Below are positions 21,277 through 31,115 of a DNA stretch of 64,000 bases, in pieces; within the stretch, counting starts at the first letter, position 1; each line of letters begins with the position of its first letter. The stretch is from Thainema sp. GTDB taxonomy: Bacteria > Cyanobacteriota > Cyanobacteriia > Phormidesmidales > Phormidesmidaceae. The stretch lies in NCBI GenBank assembly GCA_052168235.1, contig JBQLZK010000003.1, positions 96,001 to 160,000 of the forward strand, read 5' to 3'. The position numbers and the translations under genes were made by a program. Below the pieces are notes generated by a model. The model made no database searches. It was not told where the DNA came from and saw only the letters and a program-made list of their open reading frames with translations.

Positions 21277-21648
21277 ATGCGTGAGAATAATAGAATGCAT
21301 CAGCCATTGCGGGACAGTCGAACCATTGATTTGATACTGTGGCTTTTGCGGCGGCGGCGGCGGTTTCGCGTGACGGGAGAATCGATGCTGCCGACCTTGC
21401 AACCGGGGGATGAAGTTCTGGTCAATCCCTATGCTTATCAACAGCAACTGCCAAACCCCGGTGAATTAGTGATTGCTCAACATCCACTCAAACCTGAACT
21501 GCGGCTGATTAAACGCTTGGTCACGGTACGAGCAAATGGCGATTGCTTGCTGATGGGCGATAATCCTGCCGAAAGTACCGATAGCCGATCATTTGGAGCA
21601 GTGCCGCATCAGCTAATCCTGGGTCAGGTGGTCTGTCGATTTCCCTAA
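21277..21648 (+). CDS. sodX: NiSOD maturation protease (S26 family)
   Basis: GESMLPTL, IKR, GDN..STDSRSFG; directly downstream of sodN. Confidence 0.93.
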   Translation: MRENNRMHQPLRDSRTIDLILWLLRRRRRFRVTGESMLPTLQPGDEVLVNPYAYQQQLPNPGELVIAQHPLKPELRLIKRLVTVRANGDCLLMGDNPAESTDSRSFGAVPHQLILGQVVCRFP

Positions 21649-21651
21649 CAA

Positions 21652-22293
21652 TTAAAGTTTATATGGCTGCAATCGCTTCTGCGCTTGGCTGAGGCTGATT
21701 TCAGCTAGTAATGCGAGTAGCGCGACGGGAATTGCGCCAACTAGCAAAATACTCGTGTCGTAAGTAGCAAATCCCAACACGATGAATTGACCCAAGCCGC
21801 CGCTGCCAATAAAAGCAGCCAGCGTAGCGCTGGCAATCACCTCTACCGTAGCTGTTTTAATTCCCGCGATGATTACAGGCAGGGCCAGTGGAATTTCAAC
21901 TTGGCGCAGTTGCTGACTAGCAGCCATGCCCATGCCCTGAGCTGCTTCCAAAACCGCAGGTTCAATACTGCGAAACGCCACGTCTGTACTCACCAAAACG
22001 GGCGGTAGGGCTAGAAGCGTAAGCGCGATCGCAGCCGATTGGAAACTCAGACCGAAATAGGGAATCGCTAAAAACAAAATCGCCAAACTGGGAATGACGC
22101 GCAGCGCATTGAACGTATTGATCAGTACCGTCGAGGCCAATTGAGATCGCGCACTCCACAGTCCCGCTGGCAGGCCAATCAAAAGTGCGATCGCTAACGG
22201 CACTGCAACTAACAGCAGGTGCTCACCCAGGGCGGCCCAGACCTGATCAGCATGATCAGCCGCGTAGCGATAAGCCTGAATGAGGACATCCAT
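21652..22293 (-). CDS. Osmoprotectant (glycine betaine/proline) ABC transporter permease
   Basis: IPSLA, EAAQGMGM...VEIPLALPVI, ATLAAFIGSGGLG. Confidence 0.9.
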   Translation of the reverse strand: MDVLIQAYRYAADHADQVWAALGEHLLLVAVPLAIALLIGLPAGLWSARSQLASTVLINTFNALRVIPSLAILFLAIPYFGLSFQSAAIALTLLALPPVLVSTDVAFRSIEPAVLEAAQGMGMAASQQLRQVEIPLALPVIIAGIKTATVEVIASATLAAFIGSGGLGQFIVLGFATYDTSILLVGAIPVALLALLAEISLSQAQKRLQPYKL

Positions 22294-22762
22294 TCGTATT
22301 TACCCGATTGGTTAGTGGTGCGCTTGTTGTTTAGGTTAGAACATTTGGAGGAGGATTAGGAGTAAGGGAGAGGGAGTAAAGGAGTAAGGGAGAGGGGGAG
22401 CAGGGGAGCCAGGGAGATGTTTGGAACTCTGTGTTTTGAAGATTGAGGCAACTTTAGGAGGCGTGGCGGTAGATTTTGGATTTTGGGAGCATAATAATTT
22501 TGATTTACGTCATTAGGATTTAGCGATTCAAAGTCTGAAATTGGAAATCGATAGCAGTAACTGCATCGGTTAGGACGTTGAGAAATTCTGAAAACGTCTC
22601 ACGCTGGAACATCGAACTTTATCAACATCTCACCCAACTTGGCGACAACTATTCGATTTCCATGACAGATAACGGACATTGAAGTTAACCTTCTGCTCCA
22701 GTTGGCATCTCGACTTACGTTTAGGGAAGTTTAAACCCAAAGCCCTTTCTTTACGGAACCTT

Positions 22763-23800
22763 ATGCACCAAACGCAGACCTTTCACTGTCCAGACTGTGT
22801 GCTGAATGTGCCCTACGGAGAATCTCAGCCGCAGAAAATCCGACGACTGCGGTTAGCCTTTGTGCTGCTGCTGCTGTTTGCTGCGGGTGAGTGCTGGGCG
22901 GGGTGGCTGAGCCATAGCCTAGCGCTTCAGGCGGAAGCGGGACACATGGTGGCGGACTGTGGCGCGATCGCACTGGCGTTGTTTGCGGCTTGGTTAGCCC
23001 AGCGTTCCCATCAGCGGCTAATCGGCGGCTACCGAATCGAAGTGCTGGCGGCACTGGTGAACGGCATCGGTTTGCTGGTAGTGGGCGGACTGATTGGTTG
23101 GGAAGCGATTGAGCAGTTTCAAACTCCGCCCAGTGAGATTTTGAGTACTCCCATGCTAATCACAGCCAGCGTTGGCCTGGTGATTAACACCCTCAACGCC
23201 CTGCTGCTGCACCAGCATAGCCATGCTGATCTCAATCTGCGCGGCGCGTTTCTGCACATGGTGGCCGATATTATCAGCTCGATTGGCGTAATTATTGCCG
23301 CGATCGCAGTTTGGCAGTTCCACTGGGTCTGGATGGATAGCGCCATAAGTTTTGTCGTAGCAGGGCTAATCCTGGTAGGCGCTGCGCCGCTGATTCGTCA
23401 AAGTTTAACTGCGCTACTGGCTCAGTCACCATTGGGGGTCACGCCGGATGCGATCGCAACTCAAATTCAGCAAATTGACGGCATCAATCAGGTGCTTTAT
23501 CTCCAGTTTCGGTCGAGCCAAGCAGCCTCTACATCTATATCAGATACGAATATAGATACGAAACCTACAAATACGAAACCTACAAATACGAAACCTACAG
23601 GCACATATTCCGCTGTCCATCTCATCCTGGATGCTACCGTTCCCTCCGGTCAGTCGCGCGAACACCTGATTCACACGGTACACACCTTGCTTCAGGCTGA
23701 GTTTGGCATTGAAACCGTCACGATTCAATTTGCCCAGCCACAGACGCTCTTACCAATGTTGACCACAACGAAACTAACGGATCTCATTCAGCTCAATTAA
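22763..23800 (+). CDS. Cation diffusion facilitator (CzcD/ZitB-like) transporter
   Basis: SLALQAEAGHMVAD, GYRIEVLAALVNG, LNLRGAFLHMVAD. Confidence 0.9.
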   Translation: MHQTQTFHCPDCVLNVPYGESQPQKIRRLRLAFVLLLLFAAGECWAGWLSHSLALQAEAGHMVADCGAIALALFAAWLAQRSHQRLIGGYRIEVLAALVNGIGLLVVGGLIGWEAIEQFQTPPSEILSTPMLITASVGLVINTLNALLLHQHSHADLNLRGAFLHMVADIISSIGVIIAAIAVWQFHWVWMDSAISFVVAGLILVGAAPLIRQSLTALLAQSPLGVTPDAIATQIQQIDGINQVLYLQFRSSQAASTSISDTNIDTKPTNTKPTNTKPTGTYSAVHLILDATVPSGQSREHLIHTVHTLLQAEFGIETVTIQFAQPQTLLPMLTTTKLTDLIQLN

Positions 23801-23805
23801 CGCGA

Positions 23806-23833
23806 GTAGGGGCGAATGGCCATCCGACCTTAC
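23806..23833. repeat. GTAG-family REP (degenerate copy)
   Basis: GTAGGGGCGAATGGCCATCCGACCTTAC; related to the copies at 26425 and 36579. Confidence 0.65.
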
Positions 23834-23933
23834 CAGGTTTTCAAATCCCCAAAATTATTCGAAGTCCCTTTGCCCCTTGTGGGCCAAAGGATTTAGGAAT
23901 GAGGGGAAAACGATTATCAGTCAACTAGGAGCA

Positions 23934-25637
23934 TCAAGACCAATCAATCGCAAACTGGAGCTGTAGCGGACTCAAACCCAGGGTGGTGGGTTCAACCAAA
24001 TTCACTTCGTAAATCGCCATCAGGTCGCGTAGTTGAGGATTACCGCGATTTTTGCCCGTAACCCCTTTTGCGATCGCAATGCCACAGCGGCCCTTAAGCT
24101 TTTTACATACGGCTTCCCACTGCTGCCGTTGTTTCCGGTAGCGAGGATTATCGCGCAGATATTCCGCCATCAGATGAAACAGACCATCCTGAGTTTGCAC
24201 CAGCGCCAGATCATACTCTTCGGCATTAAACGGATCTTCTCCCAAGTTGAAGCAGAAGTGCCGCACTCCGCCTGCGGATTGAATCCTGCTCATCATGTCG
24301 CTGCCCTTGGGCTGTGAAGTATGGATCATGATGACGGGTAAACCCTTGCCCGTTTCGGAAACGGATGGCTTGAGCGGGTTGTAAACCAGACGGCGCGCCT
24401 CTTTAGCATATTCAACCCATTCCCAAGACAAAACGCTGAACTGGATGATGGACTTCTCCGGCACCAAATCATCTTGCAATACGGGGGCCGGTGGCTGCAT
24501 CTCATCCAGCGACATCGGCAATGACAGCGACATCGGGCTGTCATCGGCCATTTGAATCAGCTCCTCTGCAATCTCAGGTAGCGTCTGTACCTTAATGGAG
24601 ATGGTTTTCGGAGATGCGCCTGGTTCCGGATTCGGAATTCGATAGCGTTCCTTCAAATCTGGTAAGTCATCCTGACTCAGGTCATCGGCATAGCGCCGCA
24701 AAAACCGCTGAAAGGCCGTCAGAATTGCGATGCAGGCAAAGGCTTCTTCCTGGACTAGCTGAGTTCTCAAGCCTTCTAGCGGATGAATCACGCCGTAGGA
24801 GGGTTCGCGTTCCGTATCCGAGACAAACGCTTCAATCCAGTTCTGAATATTGAGATCCTGCGGCAGCGCTAAATCCGGCGTGTCTGATTCATCCTCTAGC
24901 GGATCAAAAGTCAAGAAGATGCAGTCTTGCTCTAGAAACGCCTGCTGCATTTGGTTAGATGACTGGTCAGTGCGCAGAACCCGCTGCCGGAACTGCTTCA
25001 GCGACTCCAGTGAGCGGTACATCAACACACCAAACTCCATGCCCATCATGCCCAGAACGGAGAGGTAAACCGTGTCAATATCCCAGCGATTTAGCTCGAC
25101 CGCGATAATTTGCTGTTCATCCAGGATTGTCCAAGGCGCAATATCCCACAGCGCATCGGCCTGCTGACGTAGCGCCTCAACACAATCCTCCGGTAAAGGC
25201 GGCAGGTGGCTGTCTTCAATCTGCTGCTGTAACCCCTGAAAAACCTCGTCAATCAGCGGCAGTTCCGGCACGTACTCAATCACGATGTCGAGATTCTGTA
25301 AGGCACCGCGCAGGAAAAACTGAATTTCGCGATCGCGCACCACAATTTTGCCCGGACGAGACGGCGGCACTGAGCCGTGGGGATGCTCCATCGCCTGCAA
25401 CAGCGTCCGCACCACGGCTTCATGGCCCGTATCTGACGGCACAACATCCACACCGCGCACAAATCCCTCACTACCATCTACCCAAAGAATGCAGTCCCCT
25501 TTCATATCCGCACTCGGTTCCAGCCCCAGCGACGGAGCTAAGTGCTGAGTGAGTAGGCGACGGTCGCCCTCCCAAACTGACTGGGTCTTGGGGAGCTGCT
25601 GTAGGCGACGACAGGATATCGGACTAAGAATGGTCAT
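23934..25637 (-). CDS. Conserved cyanobacterial hypothetical protein
   Basis: 567-aa ORF; VWEGDRR, CILWVDGS, LLQAMEHP, SVLGMMGMEFG, YGVIHPLEG. Confidence 0.8.
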   Translation of the reverse strand: MTILSPISCRRLQQLPKTQSVWEGDRRLLTQHLAPSLGLEPSADMKGDCILWVDGSEGFVRGVDVVPSDTGHEAVVRTLLQAMEHPHGSVPPSRPGKIVVRDREIQFFLRGALQNLDIVIEYVPELPLIDEVFQGLQQQIEDSHLPPLPEDCVEALRQQADALWDIAPWTILDEQQIIAVELNRWDIDTVYLSVLGMMGMEFGVLMYRSLESLKQFRQRVLRTDQSSNQMQQAFLEQDCIFLTFDPLEDESDTPDLALPQDLNIQNWIEAFVSDTEREPSYGVIHPLEGLRTQLVQEEAFACIAILTAFQRFLRRYADDLSQDDLPDLKERYRIPNPEPGASPKTISIKVQTLPEIAEELIQMADDSPMSLSLPMSLDEMQPPAPVLQDDLVPEKSIIQFSVLSWEWVEYAKEARRLVYNPLKPSVSETGKGLPVIMIHTSQPKGSDMMSRIQSAGGVRHFCFNLGEDPFNAEEYDLALVQTQDGLFHLMAEYLRDNPRYRKQRQQWEAVCKKLKGRCGIAIAKGVTGKNRGNPQLRDLMAIYEVNLVEPTTLGLSPLQLQFAIDWS

Positions 25638-26049
25638 AGAGAGGCCAGCGGACTAGGTAACCAATGAACACAGTAGCAAATAGCTTAAATGACTCACCGA
25701 AATAATTCAGTACAGCAGAATGAATCTAGGAAATCTATGGATCAGGTAGATCAGGTAAGAATCAGGTCAACGGGTGGGTCATGTTAATGCGTTTGGGGGC
25801 ATTGCTAAGGGCACTGCTGCAATCTTATGTTTCATCTTAAGCATAGAAGCCGAGATCGAAAGCGGTTCTTATTAAGTCAGGGGGTTAGAGTTTATGAAAC
25901 GTCACATTTAGATCCTTTCAGGTCAATCATTACAGACGGATTCAGTATGAGTTGAATAGATTCGATAGAATGGTGACAGATCACAGGCTATTCTCGTTTA
26001 CTGGTTAGATTAGCTGACCATTTTGTTGCAGAAGGAGTCCAGCAGACTA

Positions 26050-26412
26050 ATGACACAAACCACTCAGCAAACGGCCCAACAGGGCATTCAGATGACGGAC
26101 GCGGCGCTGAAGCATGTTCTGGCTCTGAAGGAAAAGCAGGGTAACGATCAGCTTTGTTTGCGGGTTGGTGTCCGCCAAGGCGGTTGCTCTGGTATGTCCT
26201 ACATGATGGATTTTGAGGACATTAGCAATGCCCGTGATGATGATGAAGTTTACGATTATGAAGGCTTCAAGGTGATCTGCGATCGCAAAAGCCTGCTCTA
26301 CCTCTACGGCCTAGTTCTGGACTACAGCGACGCCCTGATCGGCGGTGGCTTCCAGTTCACCAACCCCAACGCCAACCAAACCTGCGGCTGCGGCAAGTCC
26401 TTCGGCGCTTAA
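26050..26412 (+). CDS. iscA: Iron-sulfur cluster assembly accessory protein (HesB/IscA/SufA)
   Basis: GGCSGMSY and [12 protein letters not shown]. Confidence 0.92.
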   Translation: MTQTTQQTAQQGIQMTDAALKHVLALKEKQGNDQLCLRVGVRQGGCSGMSYMMDFEDISNARDDDEVYDYEGFKVICDRKSLLYLYGLVLDYSDALIGGGFQFTNPNANQTCGCGKSFGA

Positions 26413-26424
26413 CGCCAAATCTTG

Positions 26425-26493
26425 GTAGGGGCGAATGGCCATTCGCCCTGAACCCATTAACATTACGTAAGGGCGAATGCCATTCGCCCCTAC
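26425..26493. repeat. Tandem pair of GTAG-family REP palindromes
   Basis: GTAGGGGCGAATGGCCATTCGCCC followed by GTAAGGGCGAATGCCATTCGCCCCTAC. Confidence 0.75.
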
Positions 26494-26511
26494 AGGTGTT
26501 TATTTTTGGCC

Positions 26512-26955
26512 TCAAATAATTCCGTCTAGGTCGATGCCAAAATCGGTTTCAGACTGTTGCTGCTGATTCATTAACATCAGCAAAATGTGGTTTAGGTAGC
26601 CATCAACGCCGCGCAGTTTCTCTTCTAAAATCTGCAGCCCACCGTTGGCATATTCCTGAAACAGATTGGCCCGCATCTGCTCATGGTCTTCGTCGTGCAT
26701 CAGGACTTTGGCATCTTGCTCATGAGCCACGGCAATCAGATCAATAATTTGAGCATTCTTGAACTGATTTAACGGAATCGGATCCGGTTCTTTTCGGGAT
26801 GTCTCGCCCAGCGGTAGACGCCGTTGATAATGAAACCCCACGACCGCCGCGAACGTAATCGCCTCAGCGTAGGTCTGAAAAACCTCGTTTCTGAGCCGTC
26901 TGACTAACTCAGCTTTTTCCGTGGCAACTTTAATTCGAATTGCAACCATGAGCAA
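26512..26955 (-). CDS. DNA phosphorothioation-associated protein 4 (PbeD-like)
   Basis: RIKVATEKAELV...FQTYAEAITFAA..G, EPDPI, FQEYANGGL; co-oriented downstream of the SMC-like ATPase. Confidence 0.75.
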   Translation of the reverse strand: MLMVAIRIKVATEKAELVRRLRNEVFQTYAEAITFAAVVGFHYQRRLPLGETSRKEPDPIPLNQFKNAQIIDLIAVAHEQDAKVLMHDEDHEQMRANLFQEYANGGLQILEEKLRGVDGYLNHILLMLMNQQQQSETDFGIDLDGII

Positions 26956-27009
26956 CAGGTAGTGTTTTGGTTGGGGGGCGAGGGAACAGAGAAGCTATTG
27001 AGTAAACGA

Positions 27010-27660
27010 CTATTGACTGAACAATCCAATTAGCCAGCGGTTAATCGCGCCATCATCTTCGGTCTGTCCCCGTTTGAGCGCTTCTTCTACCGTGATTAAT
27101 TCTAATCCTGGTAGGACTTGTGAAGACTGAATTTCACCACTGCGTCCATCTGCGACTTCAAATGCGATCGCGCTGCCGCTCGTGACATCAACCACCCAGT
27201 ATTCGCACACACCGAACCGCTCGTAGAGCAAACGCTTGCGGCCTAAGTCATCGCTGAGCGTAGTTGACGCAATCTCCACCACCAACTGGGGCACGCCATA
27301 GCGATCCACATCTAAGGGTTCTGATTCGCGCGGCGGCAACTGAAATGTTGATCCAATATAAAACGCAATATCGGGCTGTCCATCTCGCATTCCCGACTTG
27401 CGCAGGGTGGGATTGGTGAGTTCTACGATGCGGATATCTTTCAGCGTGGCAAACAGGCTGATTACATTGGACAAAATTGAATTTTCGCGCGCGTGCAGTG
27501 GCCCTAGTGCTGCCATTTCAATCCTCATCCAGCCATTGTCGTAATAGCATCGTCCAGGCTCATAGGCTGGATGGTCGGCCAAGCTCGCATACTGCTGCCA
27601 AGTCGCTTGTACCCAAGTATCTGTTTCAATTCTGGGTGATGACGGTACCGCTCGAACCAT
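27010..27660 (-). CDS. Uma2 family endonuclease
   Basis: QPDIAFYIG, PQLVVEIA, KRLLYERFGVCEYWVVD. Confidence 0.9.
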   Translation of the reverse strand: MVRAVPSSPRIETDTWVQATWQQYASLADHPAYEPGRCYYDNGWMRIEMAALGPLHARENSILSNVISLFATLKDIRIVELTNPTLRKSGMRDGQPDIAFYIGSTFQLPPRESEPLDVDRYGVPQLVVEIASTTLSDDLGRKRLLYERFGVCEYWVVDVTSGSAIAFEVADGRSGEIQSSQVLPGLELITVEEALKRGQTEDDGAINRWLIGLFSQ

Positions 27661-27721
27661 CTTGATGTCCTCAGCCTTAACTTAAATGTCGCTCAACTTG
27701 AGTTAAATACATTCGACATTG

Positions 27722-27787
27722 GTAGGGGCGGGTTTAGTAGGCCAATCTGCACCGAGTCATAGATTTGACAGCAAAACCCGCCCCTAC
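27722..27787. repeat. GTAG-family REP-like hairpin element
   Basis: GTAGGGGCGGGTTT...AAACCCGCCCCTAC. Confidence 0.7.
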
Positions 27788-27821
27788 AGTTTGCGAATTT
27801 ATCAAATCCATGATCCTTATC

Positions 27822-28478
27822 CTATTGCACACCCAAGAACTTATGCGTTTGCAGACTCACGCGCCACTGTGGATGTTTGAGAACGTAGTTAAACACAATG
27901 TCTTGGCTGTTGAGCGACTGCCATTCCGGTTGCAGCAGCTTGACTATAGCATCTGGAACATGAGCTGCCTGCTGTTCGGCCCACTCCAGATCTGATTCGT
28001 CGGCAATTACCACTTTCAGTTCATTGGCATGGGCATAGATGCTGGGATGGGGAGCCTTAGATCGCTTGGGCGAAAACGTCACCCAGTCAAACTTGCCGCT
28101 AAAGGGATGAGCGCCGGAGGTTTCTAAATTTACTTGTAGGTTAGCTGCCTTAAGCTGCCGAGTCAGTTCCGTTAAATCGTGCATCAGCGGTTCTCCGCCC
28201 GTGATGACGACAATTTGGGGATTGGCGGCACGGGCAGCGGTGACCAGAGCGGCGATCTCCTGACGGGGATGGCGCTTGGGATTCCAGGAGTGTTTGGTGT
28301 CGCACCAGGGACAGCCAACATCACAGCCCGCCAGTCGGATAAAAAAGGCATTGGTGCCAGCCCAAAAGCCCTCGCCTTGAATCGAATGAAAGGTTTCGAC
28401 AATCGGCAGATCCGTTGCGCTCACCTGACTGACTGGTCGATGAATTGTGTTTGGATTGATCATTTCAGCGTTAGTCAT
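27822..28478 (-). CDS. queE: 7-carboxy-7-deazaguanine synthase (radical SAM)
   Basis: ETFHSIQGEG, FIRLAGCDVGCPWCDT (CxxxCxxC), ITGGEP, SPK, SLQTHK. Confidence 0.95.
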   Translation of the reverse strand: MTNAEMINPNTIHRPVSQVSATDLPIVETFHSIQGEGFWAGTNAFFIRLAGCDVGCPWCDTKHSWNPKRHPRQEIAALVTAARAANPQIVVITGGEPLMHDLTELTRQLKAANLQVNLETSGAHPFSGKFDWVTFSPKRSKAPHPSIYAHANELKVVIADESDLEWAEQQAAHVPDAIVKLLQPEWQSLNSQDIVFNYVLKHPQWRVSLQTHKFLGVQ

Positions 28479-28860
28479 CTTCGTATTCCACCCAGGAGTT
28501 CGGCGTTTCGGAGACGCAAACCTTCAGCTTCACGCCTTCTGGGACTTCTTTCTTGGTGCGATCGTAAATGTATTGAGCAATCATTTCCGCCGTGGTTTCA
28601 TAGCCCTCCGGCAGCACTTCATTCAGCACGCAGTGATCGAGGCCGCCCTTGAGCATATCCCGCTTGGCCCAGCGCAGCGTCCGAAAATCGCAGACCATCA
28701 CCTCATGGGGACAGTATGCCGACGAATGCAGCCGATGCGATTCAGCTTCGATGCGGACTCGGTAGGTGTGACCGTGCATCCGCCCACAAGGCCCGTCGTA
28801 GTCGCGAATTGAATGGGCAGCATCAAACGTAAATTCAGTTGAGAGTTTCCACTTTGGCAT
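28471..28860 (-). CDS. queD: 6-carboxy-5,6,7,8-tetrahydropterin synthase
   Basis: FDAAH, CGRMHGHTY, LDH..LN, TAEMIA, VSET. Confidence 0.93.
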   Translation of the reverse strand: MPKWKLSTEFTFDAAHSIRDYDGPCGRMHGHTYRVRIEAESHRLHSSAYCPHEVMVCDFRTLRWAKRDMLKGGLDHCVLNEVLPEGYETTAEMIAQYIYDRTKKEVPEGVKLKVCVSETPNSWVEYEDD

Positions 28861-28875
28861 AAATTCCAGCCTATC

Positions 28876-30948
28876 CTATTCCCGATCAACCCTTAATACT
28901 TCTGTCCAGGTATGCTCATTGGCGCTTGGCTTCACCAGCGGATAGGTGCGCCCGTGCAGATGAATGTCATCCAGCTCGGCATCAGGTTTGGCCGTATAGT
29001 AAACCAGCACATATTCAGCTGCGATCGCACTATCCATTTCAGTTTCCACTTCACCGCGCCACTGGGTTTTGCTGACCAGGACGATCAGTTGATCGGCCAG
29101 TTGGGTGATTGCCTGGGCAATATTGCGCCGATTCAGTTCGTCCAAGCTGCCAAAGGGCGAATCCATCACCACTGGGAAGCCGCCGCTGTCTAATCCTAGC
29201 GCTGAATGCTTCTGACTCCAGTAGCGCACCCGCTCAATCACGCTGCCGATAAAGGCCAAGCTGAGGATTTGATTCTGCCCCGTAGAGGCGGCAACGGGCA
29301 CTCCTTCCGCCTGGGCCGGATCGACCAGCATCAGCTCGTAGTCCTCCGTCAGCTTCGGCAGGTAGGAGGTAAACGAAATCGACCGCCAAATTTCCCGCAC
29401 TTTCTCCTCCAGCTTGGCCCGAAAGGCCAAATCCACCCGCCGCGTCACTTCTTCCAGCCGCTCCACGGCATCTTGGGCGGCGGCAATTTGGCGCTTGACC
29501 CGAGCCTGCTCCTTATCTTTGGCCTTGTGCTCTTTAATTTGCTTATTCGCCGCCAGAATATCGCCATCTAGTCGCTGAATCGCTTCATCTACGCGGCTGT
29601 CCTCCCGATGCAGATCAATAATCCGCAGTTCAATATTTTCCAGCCGCTGCTCCATGCCCTGCACATTGACATCTTCATTGCCCTTGAGCTGCTCTCGAAT
29701 CGCCGCCAGCTTATCCTCGGTTGCGCCAATCTGCCGCCGCAGGTTGTCAATACTGGCCTGCTCCTGCTCAATCTCGGCCCAAAACTCCGGCACCTGCCGC
29801 TCCCAGGTTCTCACATCGCCATTGAGCGCCAGCACCGATTCTTCCACATCCTGTAGTCCCGCCCGATTCAGCCAGGTTTCCACCTGATGACGATGCTCGC
29901 TCTCCGGCGTCAGCGGCGCACCGCAGATACAGCGCTGATCATCCAGCAAATCCTGGACAAACTGCTGCTTAATCCCGGCGGGCAGTTCCCCCCGCTGGCG
30001 CAGGTCGTTGGCTAGGTTGCGAAACTGCGCGATCGCACTATCCAGAAACACCACATAGCCCCGCGCCGAAATCGTTCGCCGCAGCCGATCTTCACTGCGC
30101 TCCAGCTGGCGGGTCAGCTCATTCTGCTGACGGTCGAGGTCATCCCGTCGCCCCTGAATTTCGCCCACGCTGGCCAAATCGCGCAACTGGGCGCTGATGC
30201 GCTCCTTCAGTTCCTGCTGATTGTCCAGCTCAACCGCGATTTCCTCTTTGCGCTTCACCTGCTGATCGCGCTGCTCCTCCAGCAGGGCCTTGTCGGCCAG
30301 TAACCGCTGCGTTTCCGAATCGCCAATATCCCGCAGCTCCCGCTCCAGTGCCCGCCGCGCATCGTCCAAATGCCGCACCGAGCGCTCCAGCACTTCCACG
30401 CTCAGCAGCGTTTTAATCGCCCGCGCCATGTCGGCCTTGTTTTCCGACTTGACGATCCGCTCAATCCGCTCACCGTCAAAGAAAAAGTAGCGATGCAAAC
30501 TCTGCGGCAGCACCAAGCCAATCGCCGCTTCCACCTCATCTTCCGGCTGAGGCTTGCCGTTGATTGTCAGCTGTAGCGCACTTTCCGTCTCGGAAACTTC
30601 CCCATCCGCAGGTTTGCTTTTGGTCGATTTGGGCTTAACCTGCGATCGCAGTCTCTTGGCCTGGTACAGCTTGCCATTATGCTCAAACGCCACTTCCACC
30701 CAGCAGTCTACCGACTTGCCAGCCTTAGCCTCCGCCACAGCACGACTGTTTACCATTGGCCCCGGCGCAAAAGCGGCACTGGTTTCGCCATACAGCACCC
30801 AGGTAAACGCATTCAGCAGCGTCGTTTTGCCTGCCCCATTGTTACCGTGAATCACCGTCGTGCGGCGCTCCCCCTGATAGGCCAGTTCCAGTTCCACCTC
30901 TCCCCAAAACTGCCGAAAATTAAAGAGCTTGAGCGACATCAGCTTCAT
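28876..30948 (-). CDS. SMC/Rad50-like ATPase, DndD-related (PbeC-like)
   Basis: NFRQF, Walker A GNNGAGKTT, YFFFDGE, long coiled coil with CICG hook, signature ASTGQ, Walker B/D-loop VMDSPFGSLD. Confidence 0.85.
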   Translation of the reverse strand: MKLMSLKLFNFRQFWGEVELELAYQGERRTTVIHGNNGAGKTTLLNAFTWVLYGETSAAFAPGPMVNSRAVAEAKAGKSVDCWVEVAFEHNGKLYQAKRLRSQVKPKSTKSKPADGEVSETESALQLTINGKPQPEDEVEAAIGLVLPQSLHRYFFFDGERIERIVKSENKADMARAIKTLLSVEVLERSVRHLDDARRALERELRDIGDSETQRLLADKALLEEQRDQQVKRKEEIAVELDNQQELKERISAQLRDLASVGEIQGRRDDLDRQQNELTRQLERSEDRLRRTISARGYVVFLDSAIAQFRNLANDLRQRGELPAGIKQQFVQDLLDDQRCICGAPLTPESEHRHQVETWLNRAGLQDVEESVLALNGDVRTWERQVPEFWAEIEQEQASIDNLRRQIGATEDKLAAIREQLKGNEDVNVQGMEQRLENIELRIIDLHREDSRVDEAIQRLDGDILAANKQIKEHKAKDKEQARVKRQIAAAQDAVERLEEVTRRVDLAFRAKLEEKVREIWRSISFTSYLPKLTEDYELMLVDPAQAEGVPVAASTGQNQILSLAFIGSVIERVRYWSQKHSALGLDSGGFPVVMDSPFGSLDELNRRNIAQAITQLADQLIVLVSKTQWRGEVETEMDSAIAAEYVLVYYTAKPDAELDDIHLHGRTYPLVKPSANEHTWTEVLRVDRE

Positions 30949-31115
30949 CGAACCGTTTCCTTAATAATCCGCAGCACGTCGGCCTTGATGCGCGGTCGAT
31001 CAATCGCCAGATGCGCCTTCTCAAGCTGAATCACATCCCGAATGATTTTCTCCACCTTCGGCGGCGCAGTTTTGATCGGTTCTTCGATTTCGCTTTGGGG
31101 ATTCTTGGCAGACAT
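30945..31115 (-). CDS. Small helical protein translationally coupled to the ATPase (PbeB-like)
   Basis: 56-aa ORF KVEKIIRDVIQLEKAHL...RIKADVLRIIKE; its stop overlaps the ATPase start (ATGA). Confidence 0.65.
   Translation of the reverse strand: MSAKNPQSEIEEPIKTAPPKVEKIIRDVIQLEKAHLAIDRPRIKADVLRIIKETVR

Noticed and set aside
26050..26412. IscA as sulfur supply for a phosphorothioation system
   Set aside because: It is an A-type Fe-S carrier, not a cysteine desulfurase. It is convergent with the island and looks like the housekeeping flank
28876..30948. Calling the ATPase canonical DndD or SbcC
   Set aside because: No adjacent dndC/dndE or sbcD; the neighbours fit the Pbe-like arrangement better
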